Positions 1 through 11,911 of a stretch of 64,000 bases of DNA are shown here, in pieces. Under the pieces are notes generated by a model. It was given only the letters and a program-made list of their open reading frames with translations. It ran no database searches and was not told where the DNA came from. The translations under genes were made by a program, and so were the position numbers. Positions within the stretch are counted from its first letter, which is position 1, and every line of letters begins with the position of its first letter. The DNA lies in NCBI GenBank assembly GCA_025786725.1, contig JAHLTZ010000005.1, forward strand, positions 496,001-560,000. Direction: 5' to 3'. This stretch comes from Syncephalis fuscata S228. Taxonomy: Eukaryota > Fungi > Zoopagomycota.

Positions 1-456
1 TTATTAACATTTGGCTAGTTTAATCAGTTGCTCGCGATTAATATTGAACTTCGGTGCCGACTATTTTCTTACGATGGCTGTGCCTTTAATTCAATTTGTA
101 TTCTCCAGGGTAAGGTTTGAAGGTACATTCCAGTTCTTGTTATATTTCCATGCTTCTCCATCTGTTGGTCGTTTACTGTTGGCCACGTTAGTGAAGCGAG
201 TACCGCCGTCTACCGCAGCAAAACTGACATCAACTGATGTCATTGAGGCCATATCTCTATTCAGGACATCGTATGCAATGGTTATTGGCTTGCCAATACA
301 GTGGGTGCTATCTTGTGCTGGTGATTCAATCTCAATAGTATCTAGCCTGACAATTAAGTAAAACGTAACATAAAATCAAAACTACTTACCAGCACTGACC
401 CATGGAACAACGGCTAAAACGGTGGCAATGACCAATATTTTTGAGTAGTGCAACAT
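1..456 (-). CDS. Small secreted protein, possibly Kre9/KNH-like (Ser/Thr-rich GPI family) beta-sandwich; 3' end probably runs off the window
   Basis: Hand translation from ATG at 456: MLHYSKILVIATVLAVVPWVSA (signal peptide), GTAAGT...CTAG intron, then DTIEIESPAQDSTHCIGKPITIAYDV...WKYNKNWNVPSNLT(P)GEYKL, which needs a 1-nt frameshift near 107. Not in the ORF track. Confidence 0.5.
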
Positions 457-1179
457 GTTGTTAAATGTATAGGTGGCTGTGTTGACAAAAACCAGGTGTG
501 CTTAAAGTAGAGAATGAAAGCGTAAGAAGAGAGAGAGTCTAGTAAGGATTGTTTAAATGTGGTGCTGTAAACAAATCGTATGTTAGTAAGATACCATTTT
601 ATAGGCAATTCGATACATCTTAATCAAACCTATTATATACAGCACATAAGTATTTACTATAAAGGAACAGACCGGGAAGCTTAGTATACAATAAGTTTTG
701 CCGGTATATTACTACATGATGTTATTATTGGAAATATGCTTTATTTAGCATTCCCTTATACTGCAATACATACAGTTATAGGTATACTATTAATACTTTT
801 TTCCCATGGCTTGTCTCGCTTACCGATCACACTACTAAATTAAATAATGCACTAATAATGTAGCCGAAGATATAGCGCAACATTGCGGTTACTAAAATGG
901 CATACGATACATTTTTATGTAAATAAAAAGGAATTGAAAGTGAGCTAACGTTTTATTAATGTATGTAATTATTGTTTGCTTTTATATTTGATTAGCTTCA
1001 GTATTTAATGGGTAGTTATCAAATAAATATAAAAATAACAAATGAGCAATAAAAGAAGGCTCGTCTTGCGTTCGCTATATGATGGTCATGTGCTATGATC
1101 GATGTGCTAAAATATTACTTAATTCTAAATGTTTATTTTTTTTAATTTTACATTAAACACATGCTTAAGTAGTCTTAGT

Positions 1180-1953
1180 GGCCTTGCTATACCTATTAGT
1201 TACGAATATCACAAAAATAAGGTTAAAGTTAAAACTAAAACACTTTGATGTTCAGTTTATTGAAGATTTATTGTTTGAATATCAAATCAGATCTGTTAGT
1301 TTATTTAATTATAAAATATATCTTGCCGTTCGTGTCTGTCAGCCAATTTTTGGCAACACACTACGCTCATCAAACAAAGATAGATTTTATTAAACAAAAC
1401 TGGCTGTTCAAAAAAACTAAAACTATTTTTGTACATTAAACAAGTTAACCAAAAGCTTGCCAAAAAGCTTAAATCCAAGTTTGATAGTGATGCTACTTTG
1501 GTATTTAGTAACTGATATGCAAGTCATGTAAAGTTTCAAGAACCTATTAGAAATACTCTGGCTTGAAGCGTATATTATAAAAAAGTGGTTTAACGTGCTC
1601 TTAATTGATGAGTATAACAGCTCTAAGCCCTGTGCCACTTGTCAAGCTCAAAATTTAGAAGCATTCAAAATAATCGATAATCCACGTCCGTATTAACATA
1701 AAAATTGTGCAAGAGTAAAGTGCCATGGGCTTTCAGGATACCATAGTTTATAGATTAAATATAAAATAAATATTTTATTCTACCATCTAGATTGTTTGCA
1801 GATGCACAAACCAAAAATTGTAAAAAAGCTTATGAAACTTTTACGGGTGCAAAATTGTGGCATTGTAATTTGGCTGCTGCTTTGAATTTCAAACATATCC
1901 TTGATAGTCTACGATTGAGCGGTATTATACCAGATTGGTTTCAAAAAAGCTGA
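1180..1953 (+). pseudogene. Degenerate Fanzor (eukaryotic TnpB-like RuvC nuclease) relic A, with a relic intron
   Basis: Frame-stitched translation: ...YLAVR/VSQFLATHY...LFKK/LKLFLYIKQVNQKLAKKLKSKFDSDATLVFSN*YASHVKFQEPIR../GLKRIL*KSGFNVLLIDEYNSSKPCATCQAQNLEAFKIIDNPRPY*HKNCARVKCHGL [intron about 1738-1801] CTNQ/NCKKAYETFTGAKLWHCNLAAALNFKHILDSLRLSGIIPDWFQKS*. Motif order RuvC-II IDEY (1604-1615), CxxC (1631-1642), second Cys pair, then a WNRD-like RuvC-III matches fungal Fanzor1. Confidence 0.85.
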
Positions 1954-2654
1954 TATTCCTTGGAGTTTATCGACTTTAATAAGATGGCAATTATATAATT
2001 ATTTTTAATAACCGCCACCGATTTCTATTAATATTTTTGGAACGTTTTAAAAACGCTACAACATTTTTCTTCAATTTATTTTACATTCACACTTATGCAA
2101 AGGACTACAATGACTTTGCGGGATCTATTGGTTACAGTAACACATCAATATTTTTAATGATCGAACACCTACGCAACAACAATAAACAATCATGCTTTTA
2201 TTTATACCTCTCATTTGTCTCTCTCTCTCTCTCTCAGTTATAGACGCCATTAATTACATAGGGAATAATGAGTATCAAATAAATGTACGTATTACTTTTA
2301 CATATTTGAATTTTATTATTTGTAATCTATTGTTTAAATCTATAGTATTTTAGCAAACAACTCAGTCGTCAAATCATTTGACAATTTTTTGAATAACAAT
2401 TAATGATGAAATACATTTACTGTGCATCTGTGTAATGCTATATAGATAGATAGAACAATGTCACAAATCAAAATCTATAATGTTCATTTATGCCTTGGTC
2501 AATTCATTATATTTATTTTAAGATGTTGAGCTGAAACAAATATAAAAATCAATATTTAACACTAAATATTTAACTTTACTAATAAATTACAACGCAATGA
2601 ATGTATAAAAAATGTGCACTAAAGCATTAAAGCTAGCCACTATACTAGCTAATA

Positions 2655-4607
2655 TTAATTACATCCAGACGTAGTTGTCGTTCGACTGTTTATAAAATCT
2701 ATTTCTTGTGCAAGTTTATGATGAGGAAGGTATAGTAGAATACGGCCGGCTGTCGTATAAACATCCATGCTCCACACGGGTCCGATATTTTGCCAGTCCT
2801 CTAGCGCCTTTAACGTCCAGTGTATCTGTCCAGTGTAAATATCTATTGCCACGAGTGTAGTATCACTTCGGTTTGAACAAATTAGCAGTCCTTCTAAGCC
2901 AAACTGGATCTGTGGTCGATAATTGACCGTTAGCGTGTGTAGTACTGTGCCATCGCGTAGACTAAGCAAAAGTAACTCTTCATCGCCAATCGCTGCAACC
3001 CGATTCTGCCACACGCTCGTTACCACGTTATTAACGAATCGATTCGATAGGCAAATTGACCAACGTTCTTTTCCGGTTGATGGCGCGTAACAAGCAATAC
3101 GTGCAATGTCACGAGCACTGTATTGATGCAGTTCATAGTAAGAGCTCCAAACGACCAGAGCATCGTTGGTGAATTCGCTACATGCCGAAGGACCATCTTT
3201 AGGCCGTCCAAGATGAGCTGAAAATTGCTGTGGCTCAACGATACGTCTAATTACTCTCGGTTTATTCAAGTCCCAGACAAAAATATTTGTAATAATATCT
3301 TCCGAAGCAGTGTAACCAGTAGGCGCATCCGTGCTTGTTAGGCCATGCATAAGTGCCGTGGCCAAATCACTAATTTCAGTTTCAGGTAGATTTGGTGTGA
3401 TTAAAGCACATGATAAACCAGGTGCCACCTCACTGGCTAAAAATACCGCTGTGCCATCATAATAGGGAACACATAAATTAATCGGTTCGTTTAAATAAGT
3501 TGGCTGAGTATCCAACCTAGTTGAAGAAATAGTTGGTGCATTTTTATCTAGCTCAGCTATATTCCAACATTCTATAGTTAATGGTGAAGCACTCCATGTA
3601 TACAACACATCAGGTCGTAATATTGTGCGCCATCGCAATCTACTAGCTTTAACATCATACCAGCGCAACGAGCCATCGAGCAATGACCAGATTCGGACCT
3701 GGTCTTGGTTATCAAATAAGAAATGCTGTGCTGTACGCTGGCCACCAACGCCACCCCAGCTCAATGATGACTCAACACCATAAGGAAATTGTAAATGCCA
3801 TTTTTTATCATTAATACGATCATAGATCTGCACACCGGTTCCATTTCGTAATCCAATATGGCCCACGGAAACAAATGTAGGTCGACGACATCGTTCACTT
3901 GTAATGGATGTCACGCTTATATTGGATGAGTTAGCCGTGCTATTTACCAGCGATCTGTTTTGCAACCACCGCATTGTGTCGTAGAAAATGATTGATTCGC
4001 CAGCTTCATTGGTGATAATCGAACTCAATGATTGTGCTGATGATGGGTCATGGCTCAGTTCCATCGATGATGCATTAGATGCGACATTGATCTCTGGTGT
4101 ATCATCATCTGAATAGTTGGTGCTACTTGTACTATTTTCATTATTACTTAGTGTATTTGGCACTTCCAACAGTGATAAGACGGCATTTAATGATGATCGG
4201 AGTGCTGCTGCAGACGCGTCTGGCTGATTTAATGATTTTTTGACTGCACCCATTGGTGGTGGAAATGGCTGGCCACAAGTTGGTGTTCTCCAACGACGGC
4301 CGATAGCCTGTCGCGCGCAAAGAGCTAAAAGCCAACTCGGGGGTAAACCTGCTTTCTTTAACTCAAGCCAGATAAACGACAATAGTTCCGCTTCGGAACC
4401 ATAATTGTAACCAGGATAATAACGCCGATAGTACTTGGCGAATTGACTTTCATTATGCGTGACATCTTCAGGATTGGAGCATATAAGATGACGCCAACGA
4501 CGACAGCTACTAGCTAGCAATATAGCAGTATGTGCATCTGCAATTTCAACTAAATAAAGGGCTAATTCTGGCACTAACGTTCCCAGACGTGATCGCACTG
4601 CCATCAT
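2655..4607 (-). CDS. F-box-like protein with C-terminal beta-propeller-like region, intronless
   Basis: 673-aa ORF; likely start MMAVRSRLGTLVPELALYLVEIADAHTAILLASSCRRWRHLI resembles an F-box (LP-E...L..SCRRW..L). C-terminus has PQQ/WD-like strands (TGKERW, DGTVLHTL, TGQIHW). Confidence 0.6.
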   Translation of the reverse strand: MMAVRSRLGTLVPELALYLVEIADAHTAILLASSCRRWRHLICSNPEDVTHNESQFAKYYRRYYPGYNYGSEAELLSFIWLELKKAGLPPSWLLALCARQAIGRRWRTPTCGQPFPPPMGAVKKSLNQPDASAAALRSSLNAVLSLLEVPNTLSNNENSTSSTNYSDDDTPEINVASNASSMELSHDPSSAQSLSSIITNEAGESIIFYDTMRWLQNRSLVNSTANSSNISVTSITSERCRRPTFVSVGHIGLRNGTGVQIYDRINDKKWHLQFPYGVESSLSWGGVGGQRTAQHFLFDNQDQVRIWSLLDGSLRWYDVKASRLRWRTILRPDVLYTWSASPLTIECWNIAELDKNAPTISSTRLDTQPTYLNEPINLCVPYYDGTAVFLASEVAPGLSCALITPNLPETEISDLATALMHGLTSTDAPTGYTASEDIITNIFVWDLNKPRVIRRIVEPQQFSAHLGRPKDGPSACSEFTNDALVVWSSYYELHQYSARDIARIACYAPSTGKERWSICLSNRFVNNVVTSVWQNRVAAIGDEELLLLSLRDGTVLHTLTVNYRPQIQFGLEGLLICSNRSDTTLVAIDIYTGQIHWTLKALEDWQNIGPVWSMDVYTTAGRILLYLPHHKLAQEIDFINSRTTTTSGCN

Positions 4608-4974
4608 CCGGCAACAAAGAGTTATTATGTATGCTAAGTTAGTCCGAATTAGATGATAATAGACAAGTATAAACAAGACTGTTGTATAATGTAATAAAAT
4701 AATGAATTGCTGTTGGATGCAAGCAAGTAATAAGTAATATTATAGGAAAGAAGGGGTAAAGTATACTGAAATAATCAAAGTATGGAGTATTGCAATGAAT
4801 AAGTAACTGGCAAATAAGTAGCCTATTTTATATTATATACGGACAAAGAGTGTAAAGGATGATATTAAAGGAAAACAAGTTTAATCGTGTTTACATGTTA
4901 ATATTACTATTTAAATGAAATAGATACAGCTAATCTGTGTTTTAAATTGGTTCATTGAATATATTTCATTTGGG

Positions 4975-6883
4975 CTAGATAACTATAGTGGTCTTACGAC
5001 TTGCATGTGTCATTACGGTTTTCGAGCGCTGTAAATTTGATTGAGGCTCAAAGTCGTTATTTTCTTCTCTGTATTTAGCATGGTACCATAGACCAGAAGA
5101 GAGGGGTCTAGGGGCGACTGGCTTTGGTTTTTTGTTGTTGAGCATAGTCTGCTTACTTATGCCTACAATGATGACACAGTGGGCAATGCATACTGCAATA
5201 TCATAGGAAATATAGAGAGCCAAACGACCTGAAGGAGATGTAACCGTTCTGTTAAGAAACCAATTGTATGAAATGGCAAATACCCAGTTGAGACCAAGTA
5301 TACTAGACTGCATAATAAACTATAGTTGTTATTACAAATAACTAGTGTTAGTGTTGGATAGCCGAGATTAGCAGCAACTTACAGAGCCGAGATTCTCACT
5401 TTCCAGCCTTTGTTTACCCTTCATACGTTTGCCACATGCAAATACAATTGCTGATAATCAGTATTAGTCTAGTGTCTGTGTAGTAAATAGTACATGAACT
5501 ACTTACTAAAGTAGGTAAATATTATAATTAGCACAATGGCAGCAATCTGAGGTGCTAAATAGATATCTGCTTGGTGGTTCAAGTAATGCGTGGGAGCTAT
5601 AATGGTCCACAGAAGAACACCACTTAAGAATAGCAAAATAGTAAACAAAAAACCCATAAAGATCCACGTAACAAGTAGATTAGTGTAGGGCATACGCATG
5701 GTCCTATATATCAGACCAATTAAATACAACGTTAATAGATGAAAGTCTATGTAATAGTATCAATCAACTAACCATAGTAAAAGAATCAGCGTAGATTCTA
5801 TGCCTAAAAACGTACTAGCCATACTAGATATAAGAATGTGGAACCGACATACAACATCGCGCAAATAGATGAATTGGTGTAGACAAAGACTAACCATAGT
5901 AAGTAAAACGATAAATATCCGAATTGCTCCATATAGAATTGGCAATTTTGTCAATTTGTATATTGTGTAGAAGCCAAATAAAAGTAAAAAAGAGCTCTAT
6001 GTGTATAGACTAGTAATTAGTTACACATTTACACTAAACAGTTTATTATTCACTTACCATTACCACTATGGTGCACTGTGTTGCTTTATGGCCAGCAGTT
6101 TGAAAAGCTTCATTCCACGGTCCCTCTTCAGGCTCAATCTTTACTCTTGGATCAAATTCACCAAACTCATTTATTGCGTCGTTGAACCATTTTTCAATCC
6201 TCTGACTAGTGTTTTGACTTATTATCACAACAGCTACAGGCTCGCCACCGGAATTGACAAAGTTTGGATGTTCACATTCATAAGTAGCGTTGTTGATCGA
6301 TGCTCTACCTGTTTTCATGATATCTGGAATGGCATTTTGGGTGCTGTTTAATAGAACACCACCAGCGCAATAGGCATCCTCGGGACCACCAGCTGCCTCA
6401 TTAGGTAACGGTGATGGAATAATAATACCACGAATGGGAGGAAAATCCTTTTTCTTTAAATGCTCGTCGCTAGCTAATATTGCGTTTATAACCTATATAT
6501 ACAAATATCAATCAATGTTAATAAATAAATAAATAAAATTGCTAAAATTACAGCGCTGTTATTACCTCAAAGTAAGAAGTACAGCCCATACTCCAAACAC
6601 TTCGTAAATCAGGTACTACAATGGTATTCCGGACATGAGGAACGGCATCTTGATCATTCTTGTTTACATATTCCGTTATCGTACAATTTCTCTTCCATGC
6701 TGGAATCGCCCAAGCAGAAGTATGATTGTAGGAAGCTAGCTCTTTCTGGAAAAAATTGATACTAGGAAGAGGCAGGGTTTTATTTCTCAGCTCATCATAT
6801 AATGTAATCGTAGCGAATACAGGACTGACTATTATAAGTGCTAATAGGCAGCACAATTGCAGCCGTAGAACTACAGAGTACAT
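4975..6883 (-). CDS. Signal peptide + PA-like ectodomain + multi-TM (about 7TM) receptor-like protein, copy 1, multi-exon
   Basis: Joins ORFs 6548-6898, 6046-6318, 5760-5954, 5499-5729 and 4975-5313 via GT-AG introns. Signal peptide, GCTSYFEV...FPPIRGIII, EEGPWNEAF motif, then serial hydrophobic segments and a polar tail. Homologous to 59961-61832. Confidence 0.7.
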
Positions 6884-7732
6884 TATTCTTATGGCCAATG
6901 TTGTAGTATTATAAAGTATGGCTATTAGTTAGATTTTATATAAATTATAAACGATGAATAGCGTCGTCGTTATGATTGTTAGTAGTTTGATATAATAATC
7001 GGTAAATTAGTATTGTGTATCACGATTGATATTATAATAGGCTATGATGGTGGTGGGTGCACAAGTGTGCTAAACAGCAATTGAGTAATAGCAAATGACC
7101 GAGCCTGCGGCACACAGCTAGGTGTTTAAAGAAAGAAATACAGTAGTTGGCTGTGGTGAAAAAACAGCACCAAAGCGATAGATAGAGCGAGATAGTTAGC
7201 GAGAGAGCGAATAAACAGCGATAGAAGACAAAGCGAACCGGCGCTTTTGAGCAAGACAATATAAAACGAACAAACAAACGGCAGAGGCAAGCGTTTGACC
7301 AACCGCATGGTGATATTCATGGCTGCATGATGGTTACACTAACAAGGTGAAAACCTGCAACATCCATGCTTTAGAATGATATGTTGCAACGCTAACGAGT
7401 TTTATAAATAAATTAACAATATTGTTACAATTATTGATGTTGTTATGTTATTTGAATTCAGCAATATGTGCTCATTAAAGTATAAAAACATCAAATATTT
7501 CATTATTTAAATTATAAATGATTTAATAAACAGTCATTATAAAGTGAATTCATTATACGTTGCGTGATCGTTATTGTACTAAAAACCATTTCAGCAGATA
7601 TTAATAAACTATTCACCACGTGATTCTTTAGCAACAATATGCTATGCTTAACATTAAAACATTCAGATTTTTAGACAATGAATATTCTGTTTATTAATTA
7701 AATATAATTATTTAATAATAATGTAATTGCCA

Positions 7733-8809
7733 TTAAACACGACAGTTGTTAATGTTCAAAACGAGAATATCCGTAGCACCAATCTCCTTCAGCTGATCCA
7801 TAATCTCGGCCACCGCTGACTTTAATACCATTGAATTTACCGCTACAAAATCATTATTTTCCAACGTGCTAATAGTGGGTGCAGTACGGCCAGGTGTGAT
7901 TTTTGTTGCCTCGGCCAAACGAGATCGTGCACAGTTATAGTTACAAAGAACGTAGCGTTGTGCCGTAATAACGCCTTCTATACGGGCGGCAAGTTTACGT
8001 ACCAAATCACTATGTTTTGTACGTGGATTGCTAATAAGAATGGCTTCTGTTTCGAGTACGGTAGCAACTTCATGTAAACCCGCTGCTCTCATTGTCTCTC
8101 CAGATTCTGTATAGCAAAATTTAACATGTTGATAAATACTAAAAGTATAATTTGTTGACACGTTACTTACCAACAAGGTCAACTATAAGTAGCGTATAGA
8201 GTTGTTGATCATACACCGTATATAATAAATAGCTAGCCAGTCAATGTATACTCTATTAGGCTGTGCCATTTACTTACCGATACAATCAGCTAAACCAAGC
8301 GCACATGCTGCTTCAACACTGCCACCTACATATTTAATCTCGGTCGGTGATGATGGTGATAGGCCCTGTTGAGCGGCCGTTGCATCCAATCCATCAAAGT
8401 ATCGCTTAGCCAGATTAACAAAGCTGGTTACAACACGTTTGCCAACAAGCGCGTCAACTGAATGTACAGCGTGTGGCCCACGAGCCGGTGCCTGAACCGA
8501 TAGTCGACAGCGGCCAAAGCCTAGCTTCATTACCTCTTCAACCTTGCCGGCCTGTCCCGTCTCTTCGACAATATCACGACCAGTAATGCCCAAGTCAACG
8601 TCACCTTCCCCAACAAACTTGGCAATATCGGCTGCAGGTAGGAAAATCAGCGCAACAGGTAAATTGTGTACCAAAGCAATATCATGTCTTGATCGTCGGT
8701 GGAATTGCACGTCAGCACCGGCCAACAATTTTAAGCAGTGTTCGTGTAGGCGACCCTTTTTTGGAACAGCAAATAGTAGCCGATCAGACAAATCATTAAA
8801 CAAATCCAT
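7733..8809 (-). CDS. HIS1: ATP phosphoribosyltransferase
   Basis: DRLLFAVPKKGRL, PAADIAKFVGEGDVDLGITG, GSVEAACALGLAD, VDLVESGETMRAAGL (completed through a 12-nt micro-exon at 8171-8182), TPGRTAPTIS, GATDILV. Confidence 0.97.
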
Positions 8810-9328
8810 AGTTACGCGTCAATCTTGCACAAATATTTACGAAAGAAGCAGCTGTAAGAAGTGTATATCACTAGTATAGTACTATGAGTGGAGAAAAGGG
8901 GTGGTGGAAGTTGAATGAAATAGATCAGATTGTGTAAAATTAACAAATTTATTAACAGATTTCAATTAAATAAAATTCAAATTTATGGTAATATCTATCT
9001 TTATATAGTGTAATCAATGTGTATAGCAAACATCAAAAGTAATAGTAAAATATGGTCGGTGACACTTCAACTCGTTTAGAACGCCGGCGTTAAAAAGGAT
9101 AGCTATTGTGCACTTAAAACTAAATAAACTAGCTATGATAGTCTATGACCAATATAGCATACTGAAAACGTTTGAAAATGCTATTAAAATAATAAAAGTA
9201 AATATAGTAGCATCTAATATAAAAGAAACCTAAGAGCACATATAGAATCAAAAAAAGCACGCACATTAGGGCGAAGGTAATAATAAAAAGCAGAATGCGA
9301 TGAATGAACAAAAGAATGGTTCGCTAAT

Positions 9329-10165
9329 TTAGCGTTCATAGCCGCAAAGTAGTGGCATACACTCCTGTCGAGAATGGTGTCCATCGGCAAATACTTCCAT
9401 TACATCATTACGACGTACATAGCTTGTATAGCCGATAAAGCCACTCAGAGCCAATAGTGAGCCGGTAACCAATCGATCGCCAGACTCAGACTGTGCTTGT
9501 TGGTGTCCAGTATTGAATCCATTGGACTGTCCATTATCATTACCATTATTATTATTATTGTTGTTGTTATTATTATTATTGCCATAACGAGCAATACTAT
9601 TGCCCATAGCATTGACATCAAAAGTAGCAGATCCATCAAGTTGCGATACACTAGCCGTATGAGCCGATGCTTTGTGCATTGCTAGCATACGTTCCCGCCC
9701 TTCTAGCAATGAAAGTACTCTATGCGAATCAGAAAGAGTAGCCTCTAATTCATTTAGCATTCGACTAGCCCGCGCCGCACGCGCTCGTCGTGCTTCAGGC
9801 GTCAAACCACTTTGGTTGGTCATGTTCGATGCAGCAGTCTTTGATGCAGGAGTACGTGAAGAAAGAATGAAACGAAATGCAGATGTGGCTGGATCATACG
9901 GCGAAACAATGGATACTCGTTGCGACGTATGAAACGATACGGATACCGGGTTGTTGGTCATTTTATGTGTAGACGAAGACGCTGTTTTAGCCGGTGATGC
10001 TAAAGTAGGCTTTGTAGCGGTGGGTGGTGCCGTTGCTACCGTCGAGTTCATAGTCACGGCCGGCATACGGGCCAAGACACTGGCATATCGAATAGATACA
10101 CAGCGATTGGCTGCCGTTTTCGATACACAACGTTGTGCACCAATTAGAAAAGATGAGCCTTGCAT
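9329..10165 (-). CDS. Hypothetical protein with basic/hydroxylated N-terminus (possible mitochondrial presequence), poly-Asn tract and one C-terminal TM segment
   Basis: 278-aa uninterrupted ORF with higher GC than its flanks; N-terminus rich in R/S/T/A and acid-poor; TM-like LVTGSLLALSGFIGYTSYV. No family recognised. Confidence 0.55.
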   Translation of the reverse strand: MQGSSFLIGAQRCVSKTAANRCVSIRYASVLARMPAVTMNSTVATAPPTATKPTLASPAKTASSSTHKMTNNPVSVSFHTSQRVSIVSPYDPATSAFRFILSSRTPASKTAASNMTNQSGLTPEARRARAARASRMLNELEATLSDSHRVLSLLEGRERMLAMHKASAHTASVSQLDGSATFDVNAMGNSIARYGNNNNNNNNNNNNGNDNGQSNGFNTGHQQAQSESGDRLVTGSLLALSGFIGYTSYVRRNDVMEVFADGHHSRQECMPLLCGYER

Positions 10166-11452
10166 GATGAATAAAGCAAGTGCTTGTAGGCGGGTACGAG
10201 TGTGCTTTTATGAAAGTGCTGAGATTGAAGAAAAAGAAAAAGAAAAACGTAACAAGTCACTACTGGATTCAGTGTTGACGGCCACTAATTCAGAGTCTTC
10301 GTTGATGAGTAGAGATTGCGAAAGAAAGAGAGTCTATGGTAGGCAATGCCAATGATGGTTGGTTGGTGGTTAATGTTCAAGGTCTAGGAACGAGTAATGC
10401 GCCTGTCTGGATGATATGTCTATTGTTCCACGAGAGTCACGCTGATCCAACGTGCAAAGGGATGGCTGTTGCCTAGTGCAGAAAAGAGAAAGAGAAAGAG
10501 GATAAAGAATGTAGCTGTACGTGTGTACACACAGGGATGTAGCCGATATTTGCTGCGTTGTTACAAAGTCCGCGCACTTGTATCAAAACAATAAGTAGTT
10601 AAGTAGTTATCGCCTAATTCCGGTGTGAATACGAGTGGGAATAGATAGGATAAAATCAGGGGAGAGAAAGAGCCGGATAAATAGTGTGAGTATAATGAAT
10701 GAGTGAGTGCAATAGCAGAGAACACAATGGAGAGTAAATTATGAATAGCGGAGATTTAGTTTATATTTACTCAATTTCTTGGATACAGATATGCTTGCTA
10801 GATAAGCAAGATTATTGGTGATAGTTTACTGTAGAATGTTGCTTAAAATAAATACAATATTACACCGTGGATGGAAGGTGATAATTTGTAAGGCTTATTT
10901 TATGCAATAAAAGTTACTATTTTTAGATATGACGATATATTAAATTAATAAAGTATTTTTATATTAGATAAGACATTGTTGTTTGATTGTGGAAATGAAT
11001 GAATTGATCTACTAATTGTTCACTCAGTATAATAGTAATAACATAGTAGCCATTATACTAGCTTTATTTATATTGACAAGTATTTAATAAACCAAAAGTT
11101 TAACAAGTGTAGAAATAGGACACCGAACATTGTGATGATTACTGAATCAAAGCGTAAAATGCATAGCGTGCTCAAGTACCAAACTTGCAATATGATATGG
11201 AATTAAAATATGATGGCTGTCAAAAATATACATTAAATAGTTGTAACTAGCATTTTTTATTTATAAAATATGTGCTCGGAAGCTGGCAAGTACTGAAATG
11301 ACACGTGTTAACTAATCGGAATAGTAATAGCCGTGATATGATCAAAAGATCCGAGACTTGTATCTTTATTAACTGGCACCAATCGTACAGGTACCGTTTA
11401 ATTCAACCATCACTTCTACCATCATCATTATCATTATTGTTGTTGCTGTTAT

Positions 11453-11453
<1 letters not shown>

Positions 11454-11487
<34 letters not shown>

Positions 11488-11516
11488 ATAGTAATAGTAA
11501 TAGTAATAGTAATAGT
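11454..11516. repeat. Compound microsatellite (AGT)n(AATAGT)n
   Basis: Directly visible tandem repeat. Confidence 0.9.
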
Positions 11517-11540
11517 ATCACTATTAGCCATTATAACATT

Positions 11541-11801
11541 ATGAATCAAGCAAAGTCGCACACAATATTTATTCAACCATCAATGAGTACTAAACAAGTA
11601 ATGGGTCATCCACTACAAGTACTACCACCAAAATGGATACCTATGAACGAAGAAGCAGACGATACATTTGAAGCAGGATTACTATGGAGTTTTCAACATA
11701 ATCCAAATGCATTTACATCGGCACGAAGTACTGTAATGCCATCGGTTGTAGCACGTAGCCGTTTAGCACAATTTACTAGCCATTTAACACCACGTCGTTG
11801 A
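11541..11801 (+). CDS. Small hypothetical protein (86 aa)
   Basis: ATG-to-TGA ORF with coding-like composition in AT-rich surroundings; no recognisable motif. Confidence 0.35.
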   Translation: MNQAKSHTIFIQPSMSTKQVMGHPLQVLPPKWIPMNEEADDTFEAGLLWSFQHNPNAFTSARSTVMPSVVARSRLAQFTSHLTPRR

Positions 11802-11911
11802 TTAAGCAATTGACTGGTACATTATTATTACTTTTATTATTATTATAACAATTTTTTAATAAATATTTGAATTTTGAACTGAATTAAATTTATTTTTTTC
11901 CCATTTTGACA

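Noticed and set aside
600-1180. Left TIR and RuvC-I (DPG) region of Fanzor relic A
   Set aside because: Only faint similarity (e.g. near 1090-1150) and no convincing inverted copy of the 2079-2093 motif, so the element's left boundary is not called.
9079-9092. Palindrome AACGCCGGCGTT upstream of HIS1 as a regulatory site or terminator
   Set aside because: A single short palindrome with no supporting context; no canonical TGACTC(A) Gcn4/CpcA site seen nearby.
8544-10355. Antisense ORFs overlapping HIS1 and the 278-aa ORF (likewise those opposite the GNAT, MFS, BAHD and RAD14 genes)
   Set aside because: Shadow frames of GC-richer coding DNA, mostly non-ATG starts, with no motifs.
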